From the IMG/VR virus record IMGVR_UViG_3300025084_000103, positions 1 through 34,423 of that record: a stretch of DNA of 34,423 nucleotides, one strand, 5' to 3'. The translations under genes and the position numbers were made by a program. Below the pieces are notes generated by a model. That model searched no databases and was not told the DNA's origin. It saw only the letters and a program-made list of their open reading frames with translations. Origin of the DNA: a virus (Duplodnaviria > Caudoviricetes). Positions 8,352 to 15,771 of this stretch are shown piece by piece. Each line of letters starts with the position of its first letter. Positions within the stretch are counted from its first letter, which is position 1.

Positions 8352-8538
8352 TCCATTTGAAAGAAAAGACCGTAGGGGTGGTGGCTATGCCAAGCGTAAG
8401 TTTACAATAGAAGAAGCAGATGCAATTCGTGAAGAATATAAAGCAGGAGGTGTAAGTCAAAATCAGTTGGCAGCTAGATATAATGTAAGTCAGCCTATAA
8501 TAAATATGCTACTGAAAGGAAAAACTTATACGAAATAA
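8341..8538 (+). CDS. HTH DNA-binding protein
   Basis: IREEYKAGGVSQNQLAARYNVSQPII. Confidence 0.75.
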   Translation: MSVNPFERKDRRGGGYAKRKFTIEEADAIREEYKAGGVSQNQLAARYNVSQPIINMLLKGKTYTK

Positions 8539-8570
8539 TTTGGAATTGTAATAAATTATTTATATGTTTG
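8539..8570 (+). promoter_or_regulatory. Early promoter
   Basis: TTTG(8539)-N20-TATGTTTG(8563-8570). Confidence 0.75.
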
Positions 8571-8662
8571 CCTTGCAAATAGGGGGGAACTCAGGGGGTA
8601 CACTAGGGGGGGTCTTATTGCAGAAACAACAAACATAAATAACCCAAAAAAAATATTACATT

Positions 8663-8989
8663 ATGAATTACGATAGTTGGAAATTAATGTCAGATAGAGA
8701 TGAGATGAGTTATGCACCTGATGGATTAGATAAGTCAGATGTTGTTAGCTTCCTAAAGCAAGAGGGTGCTGATAATATAGATGTGATGGAAGGAGAAACA
8801 ACCTGTGATGTTACCTTTGATTACGATGGTGCTTGGTATGTGTTAGAGGACTTATCGTTAGAAGATTTTGAAGTTATGTCAAACATAAAGGATATGACAG
8901 ATATGTATGATGATACAGGTACTGCTTGTTGTGGTGCAGCTTATGATAGCGACCACAGGAGATGTCATCATTGTAAAGAAGCGTTTTAA
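8663..8989 (+). CDS. Acidic hypothetical protein with C-terminal Zn-finger-like motif
   Basis: TACCGA...RCHHCKE. Confidence 0.7.
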   Translation: MNYDSWKLMSDRDEMSYAPDGLDKSDVVSFLKQEGADNIDVMEGETTCDVTFDYDGAWYVLEDLSLEDFEVMSNIKDMTDMYDDTGTACCGAAYDSDHRRCHHCKEAF

Positions 8990-9027
8990 TAGTACACACT
9001 TTGTTTTGTGTAATTGTGTTTTGTGTT

Positions 9028-9078
9028 AGATGAAGGGTGGGGGTTTTTTAGTTTGCCTCACTTTTCATCTTTTTTTTT
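9028..9078 (+). terminator. Rho-independent terminator
   Basis: AGATGAAGGGTGGGG / CCTCACTTTTCATCT stem then T run. Confidence 0.8.
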
Positions 9079-9131
9079 ATTTCTTTTCTTTTGTTTTTCA
9101 AATTGTATTTTTTCTGCTTTTTTAAACTTGT

Positions 9132-9197
9132 CAAGTAACTGCGAAGTAACTGCCAAGAAACTGTCAAGTAACTGCGAAGTAACTGCCAAATAACTGC
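9132..9197 (+). repeat. Tandem 11-bp repeat array A (6 units)
   Basis: CAAGTAACTGC, GAAGTAACTGC, CAAGAAACTGT, CAAGTAACTGC, GAAGTAACTGC, CAAATAACTGC. Confidence 0.95.
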
Positions 9198-9359
9198 TGA
9201 TGGTAGAGCTAGGGTGTCCTGATGAGCCAAATTCTGTGTTGATATTTTTTTTAAAAAAACATTAGAAAATATTAGGATATTAAATTTATTTTGTTATTTG
9301 CGTGTACTTATATAGCAAAACAAGTATCAAACTTTTTTACAATTATTTTAAAAAAACAT

Positions 9360-9389
9360 TAGGATATTAAAAAAATAGCATTATGTTTG
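9360..9389 (+). promoter_or_regulatory. Early promoter
   Basis: TAGG-N18-TATGTTTG(9382-9389). Confidence 0.65.
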
Positions 9390-9418
9390 CATTGAATTTA
9401 AAACTAAAACACAAGACA

Positions 9419-9595
9419 ATGAAAGTAAAAACAACAGAACAAAGAGGAGGGGGTTATATAAACGAGGTTTCAGTAGCTAAATCAAGAGCAATTAAAACAC
9501 CTTTGCACCTATATTCTGAATGGAATATTAAAGTAAACAAATGTAATTCACTAGAGGAGATACAAACTTTATTAAAAAAAGATAAAAATAATTAG
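9419..9595 (+). CDS. Hypothetical early protein
   Basis: ATG 9419 preferred because 9383 lies inside the promoter; AC-rich leader. Confidence 0.65.
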   Translation: MKVKTTEQRGGGYINEVSVAKSRAIKTPLHLYSEWNIKVNKCNSLEEIQTLLKKDKNN

Positions 9596-9624
9596 GATTG
9601 TATTAAAAAAGTTTATTATATTTG
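9593..9624 (+). promoter_or_regulatory. Early promoter
   Basis: TAGG-N20-TATATTTG(9617-9624). Confidence 0.65.
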
Positions 9625-9662
9625 CCTAACAAAACAATTAACAACAACTAAAACACAAAACA

Positions 9663-9953
9663 ATGAAAGAATTAATAGCAAATAATATTTTAAGAGAGAG
9701 GTATTCATCTAGGGGAGGGGGTATAGAAATTGACCTAACAGACTTTGGATATGATGGGGAAAAAATGACTACATATCAAAACTATCTAGGAGGAGGTATG
9801 TTGGGTAGTGTAAAAAATGATTGTACTATATCAGGATATTGGCAACACGACAACGACCTACAAGAAATACAAAGAAACCTTAATGAATACTATTGTGAGC
9901 AAATAGATGCAACGACAGAGGAGTTTATCGACAGACCTACATCAGCATACTAA
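9663..9953 (+). CDS. Hypothetical early protein
   Basis: 96-aa ORF after promoter; YQNYLGGGMLG motif. Confidence 0.75.
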   Translation: MKELIANNILRERYSSRGGGIEIDLTDFGYDGEKMTTYQNYLGGGMLGSVKNDCTISGYWQHDNDLQEIQRNLNEYYCEQIDATTEEFIDRPTSAY

Positions 9954-9995
9954 AACAAAAGAAAGTAGCTTAAAACACACTAAAACACTAAAACA

Positions 9996-10196
9996 ATGAG
10001 AACATTTGAATATAGAAGTACAGAACTTAATAAGATAGTCAAAGATGGGTACGAGAATAGCCATCGAGAAATTGACTACTACAAAGTTAATTTAAGGATA
10101 TGGGATTGCAACAGCAATAGCACCAAAACCTTATCAATAACTAACAGAGAATATAATAAGATAAAAGAAATACTTTTGGAGGATAAAGAAAGTTAA
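9996..10196 (+). CDS. Hypothetical early protein
   Basis: 66-aa ORF with the same CTAAAACA-type leader. Confidence 0.7.
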   Translation: MRTFEYRSTELNKIVKDGYENSHREIDYYKVNLRIWDCNSNSTKTLSITNREYNKIKEILLEDKES

Positions 10197-10217
10197 ATGT
10201 TTGTTTTTAGTTTTGTT

Positions 10218-10255
10218 AAAGAAAAGTTTGCAATTTATTTTGTAGACTTTTTTTT
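10218..10255 (+). terminator. Rho-independent terminator
   Basis: AAAAGTTTGCAA / TTGTAGACTTTT stem then T run. Confidence 0.7.
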
Positions 10256-10257
10256 AT

Positions 10258-10301
10258 GTAGTATCTGCCGAGTATCTGCCAAGTAACTGCCAAGTAACTG
10301 C
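10258..10301 (+). repeat. Tandem 11-bp repeat array B (4 units)
   Basis: GTAGTATCTGC, CGAGTATCTGC, CAAGTAACTGC, CAAGTAACTGC. Confidence 0.92.
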
Positions 10302-10346
10302 CAAAGACCTATAATATATATATTGGTGTGGTGTTGTTTTTTACTT

Positions 10347-10365
10347 ATTTAGAACGATTCTAAAT
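10347..10365. promoter_or_regulatory. Palindromic operator 1 (Fur-box-like)
   Basis: ATTTAGAA-CGA-TTCTAAAT perfect 8-3-8 inverted repeat. Confidence 0.6.
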
Positions 10366-10443
10366 TACAAAAATACTTTCTTTTTTATTTGTTTTATTCA
10401 ATTATTTTTTTATTCGTGCGTACCTATATACACAAATAGTCTT

Positions 10444-10462
10444 ATTTAGAATGATTATAAAT
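10444..10462. promoter_or_regulatory. Palindromic operator 2 (Fur-box-like)
   Basis: ATTTAGAA-TGA-TTATAAAT, 17/19 identical to operator 1. Confidence 0.55.
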
Positions 10463-10482
10463 TACATAAAAATATAAATTTA

Positions 10483-10515
10483 TTTGTTTTGTATTAAAAA
10501 ACTTTTATATATTTG
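10483..10515 (+). promoter_or_regulatory. Early promoter
   Basis: TTTG(10483)-N21-TATATTTG(10508-10515). Confidence 0.7.
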
Positions 10516-10544
10516 TAAAACAAAACAATTAAACTAATATTACT

Positions 10545-10802
10545 ATGATGACTAAAACACAATTTAAAAAAGCAAAAGAATTAGTAAAAAGATATTCTGA
10601 GTTAAAAGATATGATTGAAGAACATACTAGTGTATTTCACGATGAAATTTTTTACGACATACAAGGATATAATGAGGATTTAAACAATTTAAATTTAACT
10701 AGCATATATATTGAAAACTTACAAGCTAGGGTAAAAGCCACTGAAATGCTTTACAAATCACTTGTATTATTCAATGATGAAACAGAAACAATTTATTGTT
10801 AA
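10545..10802 (+). CDS. Hypothetical early protein
   Basis: 85-aa ORF after promoter. Confidence 0.7.
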   Translation: MMTKTQFKKAKELVKRYSELKDMIEEHTSVFHDEIFYDIQGYNEDLNNLNLTSIYIENLQARVKATEMLYKSLVLFNDETETIYC

Positions 10803-10864
10803 TCAATTTAATTAAGGGGTTCGCCAGAACCCCTTAAAAAAAACTAATTTAATTTATTACTATT

Positions 10865-11164
10865 ATGAACTACATTGAACCAATAAAAAAAGAACTAGAA
10901 CAAAATTTACACGAATTTTGCCAAGCGTTTATTTTAATAGGCAACGGAACAAACGAAACGCCAAGATACTTTAATTTAAAAGAATATAATTTTTTTGAAA
11001 AAACTTTGAAAATAGGTAGTACCCAAAAAAGCAATTTATTTTTTATAATTAATTTAGAAAATAAAATTGAACAATACATTGATACTAATCTATTTTGGCA
11101 ACAATTCAAAGAGTTTAGAACTAATTTTCTACTAGAAAATTATCCAACCATTGACACACAATAA
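10865..11164 (+). CDS. Hypothetical early protein
   Basis: 99-aa ORF; leader AAACTAATTTAATTTA shared with the next gene. Confidence 0.7.
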   Translation: MNYIEPIKKELEQNLHEFCQAFILIGNGTNETPRYFNLKEYNFFEKTLKIGSTQKSNLFFIINLENKIEQYIDTNLFWQQFKEFRTNFLLENYPTIDTQ

Positions 11165-11188
11165 AAACTAATTTAATTTAAAACTATT

Positions 11189-11332
11189 ATGAAATATTAC
11201 ACAAACCCAAAACACCTAGACAAACCAAAACAAAGTAAAAAAGTAAATACAAATGATGTAATTTTACTACTAGCATTTACATTTATTTTTATTTTACCAA
11301 CTATTAACCTAATAATTGAAAAACATTTTTAA
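11189..11332 (+). CDS. 47-aa single-TM protein (not in ORF track)
   Basis: MKYYTNPKHLDKPKQSKKVNTNDVILLLAFTFIFILPTINLIIEKHF; shared leader. Confidence 0.65.
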   Translation: MKYYTNPKHLDKPKQSKKVNTNDVILLLAFTFIFILPTINLIIEKHF

Positions 11333-11336
11333 TATT

Positions 11337-11531
11337 ATGATACAACAAAAAAAATATTTTAAGAACTTGAGAACAGACAACAAATTTATTTATTCATATA
11401 ACACCAATGTGGCAACAATAGACCACAATAAAAAAGAGGTAATAATAAAAAATTGGTACTCGGTTACAACCTCAAAGCATATTAATTATATTGCTAATCT
11501 ATTAAATTATAACACAATAAAATTATACTAA
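11337..11531 (+). CDS. Conserved-type small phage early protein
   Basis: ATG 11337 preferred; YSYNTNVA...WYSVTTSKHIN motif that I recognise from phage early regions. Confidence 0.7.
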   Translation: MIQQKKYFKNLRTDNKFIYSYNTNVATIDHNKKEVIIKNWYSVTTSKHINYIANLLNYNTIKLY

Positions 11532-11533
11532 CT

Positions 11534-11899
11534 ATGAACATATTAAAAATCAATATTGGGTTAAACAATAACCCATTAAACGCGGAACAGATAAAACAAA
11601 TGTTTTATAAAAATTCAATCTTTGAATTTATATTGTTTGAAGAAAGAAAAGGAGAATATTTGAATAACTATGAACCTACATTAATTATTGAAGGCGAAAC
11701 AAAACAAACAGCAGAACAAATAGAAAGTTATATTTTTATTCTTTGTACTTTATTAACACAAGAATGTATACCCTTTGCGCTTGATTTAATGAACGAACAA
11801 AAGCAAATAAATAAATTAGTATATAATAAAACTTTTAACGGCTTAAAATACGAATTTAACAAAGATTATTTTTTAACTATTAACAACAAAAACAAGTAA
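11534..11899 (+). CDS. Putative S-adenosylmethionine lyase (T3 SAMase-like)
   Basis: INIGL, GEY..NYEPTLIIE and LCTLLTQECI motifs; size and early-region position. Confidence 0.55.
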   Translation: MNILKINIGLNNNPLNAEQIKQMFYKNSIFEFILFEERKGEYLNNYEPTLIIEGETKQTAEQIESYIFILCTLLTQECIPFALDLMNEQKQINKLVYNKTFNGLKYEFNKDYFLTINNKNK

Positions 11900-11903
11900 A
11901 ACT

Positions 11904-12065
11904 ATGATACAACACAAGCACAAAATTGAATATCTTAACCTTTGTAATATATACGGAAGTTTTGAGATTACAAGTATTTTTTCATTAAAATACTATTCAA
12001 AAATAAGAAGTTATACCACACAAAAAGAAGTTATAAACGAAATTGACAAATTATTATTTATATGA
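11904..12065 (+). CDS. 53-aa hypothetical protein (not in ORF track)
   Basis: MIQHKHKIEYLNLCNIYG...IDKLLFI. Confidence 0.6.
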   Translation: MIQHKHKIEYLNLCNIYGSFEITSIFSLKYYSKIRSYTTQKEVINEIDKLLFI

Positions 12066-12133
12066 AGTTAGAACAATACACACCGCCTTTTTTTATAATA
12101 TTAATATTGATTATCTTAATATTTTTAATGTAA
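12062..12133 (+). CDS. 23-aa hydrophobic peptide (not in ORF track)
   Basis: ATGA overlap; MKLEQYTPPFFIILILIILIFLM; ends just before terminator. Confidence 0.5.
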   Translation: MKLEQYTPPFFIILILIILIFLM

Positions 12134-12153
12134 GAAAGTACAAATAAATTGAC

Positions 12154-12193
12154 AAGGATTAGAGAGTTTAAAACCTTTTTAATCCTTTTTTTT
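12154..12193 (+). terminator. Rho-independent terminator
   Basis: AAGGATTAGAGAG / CTTTTTAATCCTT stem then T run. Confidence 0.8.
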
Positions 12194-12582
12194 GTGCTAT
12201 GTTTTTATATTGGTACTATATTTGTGTTGAATGTCTGCAAAATTTCTGTAATTACGCAAGTTTTTCAGTCAGAATCTACTATTTTTGTTAAAAAATGATG
12301 TTTTTTTTAATATTTTTGGATTAAAATTCCGTCAAATTTCGCATTAAGATAGTATCGCCACATATACATAACCACAAGATTTTCAAAGTCAATTTTATAT
12401 GTTATTTAGGAGTAGTATTATTTATAGAATACTGTTATGCTTTAAGTACGTTTATTCAACGTTGCAAGAACACCACGAAGTTAGGGTTTAGATAATAGAC
12501 TATTACGCAAAAAGTGGAAGGAAACTAAAAATAGACCCCCATATTACACAAAAAAAATTTTGAAGTCCTATTTTATAGGTTT

Positions 12583-12659
12583 AAGGGTTTGTGAAGGGTA
12601 TATAGTACCCTACATAATAAAGATAAAGCTATGGTTAAGGTTAAAGATAGGGTTAAAGG
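12583..12659 (+). repeat. Origin-like element, copy 3
   Basis: AAGGGT at 12583 and 12594, AGGGTA-N5-TACCCT 12595-12611, hexamer tract from 12618. Confidence 0.8.
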
Positions 12660-12668
12660 TTTTTTTAT

Positions 12669-12676
12669 TATATTTG
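12669..12676 (+). promoter_or_regulatory. -7 promoter element of terS
   Basis: TATATTTG, 4 nt before the ATG. Confidence 0.65.
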
Positions 12677-12680
12677 CAAT

Positions 12681-13046
12681 ATGGAAAAGAAAAAAGGTAA
12701 TCCTGCTTTTGTTGTCGGCAACGCATTAGGTGGTCGAACAAAGGGTTCTATGAATAGGGTAACAAAATTCTCAAGAGAGGTTTTGACTATGGCATTGGCA
12801 GGGCAGGAAAAGAATATAATGTTTGCTCTTGAGGAGTTAGCAGAAAAAAATCCTGAAGCATATATCAATGCTGTATCTAAACTTCTTAACTATGCCATTC
12901 CTAAACTTCAATCAACGGAGGTCAGCTCAAAGAGTGCTACAAAAATTGAGATAACTCTTGACGACACTATGACCGTTGATGACCTTAAAAAGCGTATGGA
13001 GGAAATGGAAGCAGACGATACGGAATTTGAAGAAGTAGATGAATAA
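12681..13046 (+). CDS. terS: Terminase small subunit
   Basis: GN..GGRTKGSMN N-terminus; overlaps terL start. Confidence 0.75.
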   Translation: MEKKKGNPAFVVGNALGGRTKGSMNRVTKFSREVLTMALAGQEKNIMFALEELAEKNPEAYINAVSKLLNYAIPKLQSTEVSSKSATKIEITLDDTMTVDDLKKRMEEMEADDTEFEEVDE

Positions 13047-14466
13047 GCAGCAAAGAAAAGAAATGCTCAAGGCAATGGAGAAAGCCATTTGCGAGAAGTC
13101 GTTTTACGAGTTCTTTGTGAAAGCATTTCCAATAGCAGAACCATCTGTTCCCTTATCAATAAATTTTCATCATAAATACCTTTGCGATATTCTACAAGCA
13201 GAAGCCGAAAGAATAAGAGATGGCAAAGAGAAAGATAAAGACATAATCATTAATATTCCTTTCCGTAGCACAAAGTCATTACTCGTTACGGTTATGTTTC
13301 CTGCTTGGTGTTGGGCAGTACACCCAAAGATGAGGTTTATCACAGCATCGTACTCGGCAGAGATTAGTATAGAACACGCAACTAAGTCTAGGGATATAAT
13401 AAATAGCGAATGGTATCAATCACATTGGGGAGAAACATACCAAATTAAAAAAGACCAAAACCTAAAAGCAAGATACGAGAACACGCACTTGGGAGTTAGG
13501 AGAGCAACATCTGTCGGTGGTTCGGTAACAGGGCAGGGTGGAGATATAATTCTTGTCGATGACCCTACCTCTCCAAAGAACGCTGCATCGGAAACAGAAA
13601 GAGATAACGCTAACGAGTGGTATAAATCAACACTATACTCACGACTTAACGAGCCAACAAAAGGAGTTAGGATAATTATTATGCAGAGAGTACACGAAGA
13701 TGACCTAAGTGGCTACCTTCTATACAACTCTCCTGATAAACATAAGCATATATGTATTCCTGCCGAACTATCTGATGACCTAAAACCAAAAAGCCTATCC
13801 AAACACTATGAAGATGGACTTTTTTGGAAAGATAGGTTTTCTCAGGCTATACTAGACGACTATAAGTCAGCACTAGGCTCTTATGGATATGCAGGACAGC
13901 TACAACAGCGACCAACACCTGCCGATAGCGGTATGCTTCAGAAAAATTGGTTTAGAATTGATAAAGATAAGGAGGAGGGAGTGGTAAACTTCGTTATTGA
14001 CCCTGCATATACAGCAAGTAGCAAGAACGACCCATCAGCTCTTATGGCTTATATATACAAAGATAAAACTTGGCAAATAACCGAAGTACAAAATGTGAGG
14101 TTAGAATTTCCTGAACTAATCAAACACATAAAAAAATTCGTACACAAAAACGGATATACCAGCCAATCAAAAATTTTCGTTGAACCAAAGGCGAGTGGGA
14201 AATCAATAGTTCAAACCCTGATTAGAGAAACAGGACTGAATATTAAGGAAGATAAGCCACCAACGAAAGATAAAGTAGCAAGAGTACAGGATATTAGTGC
14301 TACAATAGAAACAGGAAGGGTGTCTTTAATGAAAGGGCATTGGAATGAAGAATTTTTACTGCAATGTCAGTCATTTCCTGCTGCGAAGCACGATGATATG
14401 GTAGATTGCCTTGTTATGGCTCTTAATAGACATTTTTCAGGGCAAAAAGTAGTATTCTTTGGATAA
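13039..14466 (+). CDS. terL: Terminase large subunit
   Basis: IIINIPFRSTKS Walker A variant, IILVDD Walker B, IIIMQR motif, nuclease DPA..ND..VEPKASG..HDDMVD. Confidence 0.95.
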   Translation: MNKQQRKEMLKAMEKAICEKSFYEFFVKAFPIAEPSVPLSINFHHKYLCDILQAEAERIRDGKEKDKDIIINIPFRSTKSLLVTVMFPAWCWAVHPKMRFITASYSAEISIEHATKSRDIINSEWYQSHWGETYQIKKDQNLKARYENTHLGVRRATSVGGSVTGQGGDIILVDDPTSPKNAASETERDNANEWYKSTLYSRLNEPTKGVRIIIMQRVHEDDLSGYLLYNSPDKHKHICIPAELSDDLKPKSLSKHYEDGLFWKDRFSQAILDDYKSALGSYGYAGQLQQRPTPADSGMLQKNWFRIDKDKEEGVVNFVIDPAYTASSKNDPSALMAYIYKDKTWQITEVQNVRLEFPELIKHIKKFVHKNGYTSQSKIFVEPKASGKSIVQTLIRETGLNIKEDKPPTKDKVARVQDISATIETGRVSLMKGHWNEEFLLQCQSFPAAKHDDMVDCLVMALNRHFSGQKVVFFG

Positions 14467-14535
14467 TTAACATATAAAATTGATTTTGACAAGAAATTGC
14501 GAAACTTTTTACATTTTTTAGATAATATTTGCATA

Positions 14536-14904
14536 ATGAACGAAATAGAAGGTATAAATCAGGTTCACACTAAGATATTAAACGATTTTATAGTTTATGT
14601 CAAACAACAGACATATATTATAACTGAGGAGTGTGAAGATGGTAAATATCAAGATTTTGCTGATGTGATGGAAGATGTTTTCGCATATTATGTTGATTTT
14701 AGAAAGTATGCTGTCAAAGACGAGGGAGGTATTGAAGAATGGGTATATATGTTGCCTAACCTTTTAATGTACTCTTTCTTGGGTTTTTTGGCAGGAGTTA
14801 AGAATAGAAGTAATTATAGACTTATAAACAACATAGAAACGAAAGTTATTCAAGCTACAATGGAAACAATAGGCTTGATTTCGGATATGTATAAACAAGA
14901 TTAG
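14536..14904 (+). CDS. Hypothetical protein
   Basis: ATG 14536 preferred, 4 nt after AATATTTG. Confidence 0.65.
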   Translation: MNEIEGINQVHTKILNDFIVYVKQQTYIITEECEDGKYQDFADVMEDVFAYYVDFRKYAVKDEGGIEEWVYMLPNLLMYSFLGFLAGVKNRSNYRLINNIETKVIQATMETIGLISDMYKQD

Positions 14905-14905
14905 T

Positions 14906-15550
14906 ATGCTAGTAATAGACATCAACGGAAAGCAAAAAGATATTCCAAGCGATTGGAAAGAAATGACACTCGAATATTATTGTGGTATTTATGAAATATT
15001 GCAAAAATATAAGAGAACTGAGGAACAAGACAAGAATGACGAAGGTAAAGACCTAACTAAATTCTTTTTTACTCAAGAAATCAAGATGTATAACGATTTA
15101 TTTTGTTATATGACAGGAATGAGTAAGGAGAATGTAAAAAAGGTAAAGACTGAGGAGATAGAAGCTGTTATTAGTTCTTTAGACAACATATTGGAGGAAT
15201 ACAAGCCAAAAGGTATGACCAACTTTGAATTTGAAGGAGATATATACTATTTCCCTATGAATTTCTTTAGAGAGGGTACTTTTGGCGAATATATAGAGAG
15301 TACGCAGTTGGAGATGAACACAGAGTACCTAAAGAACGGTAGATTTGATATTTTACCTGAACAGATGGCTATTTTGTGTAAATCCGTTGATGAGGAGGTT
15401 GATTTGGATAATATAGACGATAAAGCTAAGGCTTTTAAGAGATTGACAATGGACATCGTTTGGGAGTTCGCTTTTTTTTTGAACAGGCAAACGAGCAACT
15501 CACTAAACGTTATCCAAACCTTTTTAGGGAAGGAAGCTCAAAAAGTGTAG
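14906..15550 (+). CDS. Tail assembly chaperone (gpG-like)
   Basis: IPSDWKEMTL N-terminus; T9 slippery run near 3' end. Confidence 0.65.
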   Translation: MLVIDINGKQKDIPSDWKEMTLEYYCGIYEILQKYKRTEEQDKNDEGKDLTKFFFTQEIKMYNDLFCYMTGMSKENVKKVKTEEIEAVISSLDNILEEYKPKGMTNFEFEGDIYYFPMNFFREGTFGEYIESTQLEMNTEYLKNGRFDILPEQMAILCKSVDEEVDLDNIDDKAKAFKRLTMDIVWEFAFFLNRQTSNSLNVIQTFLGKEAQKV

Positions 15551-15771
15551 CAGTAGTTAAGGCTAGTAGGATAATGAAGCCTTATGGTTGGTTAAACACT
15601 CTATATGACATAGCTTTAGACGGTATTTTTACAAACAAAGGTAAAGATGCAATACAAAGTGTAAAAGATGAGAAATTGTATAAAGTAATGACATATTTAT
15701 CTTGGAAAACATCAAAAAGCGACTTTGAGATGGCAGTACAAGAAGAACAGAGTAAACAAGTTAAGAAATAA
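15472..15771 (+). CDS. -1 frameshift extension of tail chaperone (gpGT-like)
   Basis: -1 frame is open through T9 (15472-15480): EQANEQLTKRYPNLF..YGWLNTLYDIA. Confidence 0.7.
   Translation, partial: FFFEQANEQLTKRYPNLFREGSSKSVAVVKASRIMKPYGWLNTLYDIALDGIFTNKGKDAIQSVKDEKLYKVMTYLSWKTSKSDFEMAVQEEQSKQVKK

Noticed and set aside
9048-9230. Minus-strand 60-aa ORF with repeated WQLLRSYLT
   Set aside because: It is only the translation of the repeat array and terminator
9132-10301. CRISPR array
   Set aside because: Units are 11-bp tandem repeats with no unique spacers, and no cas genes are present
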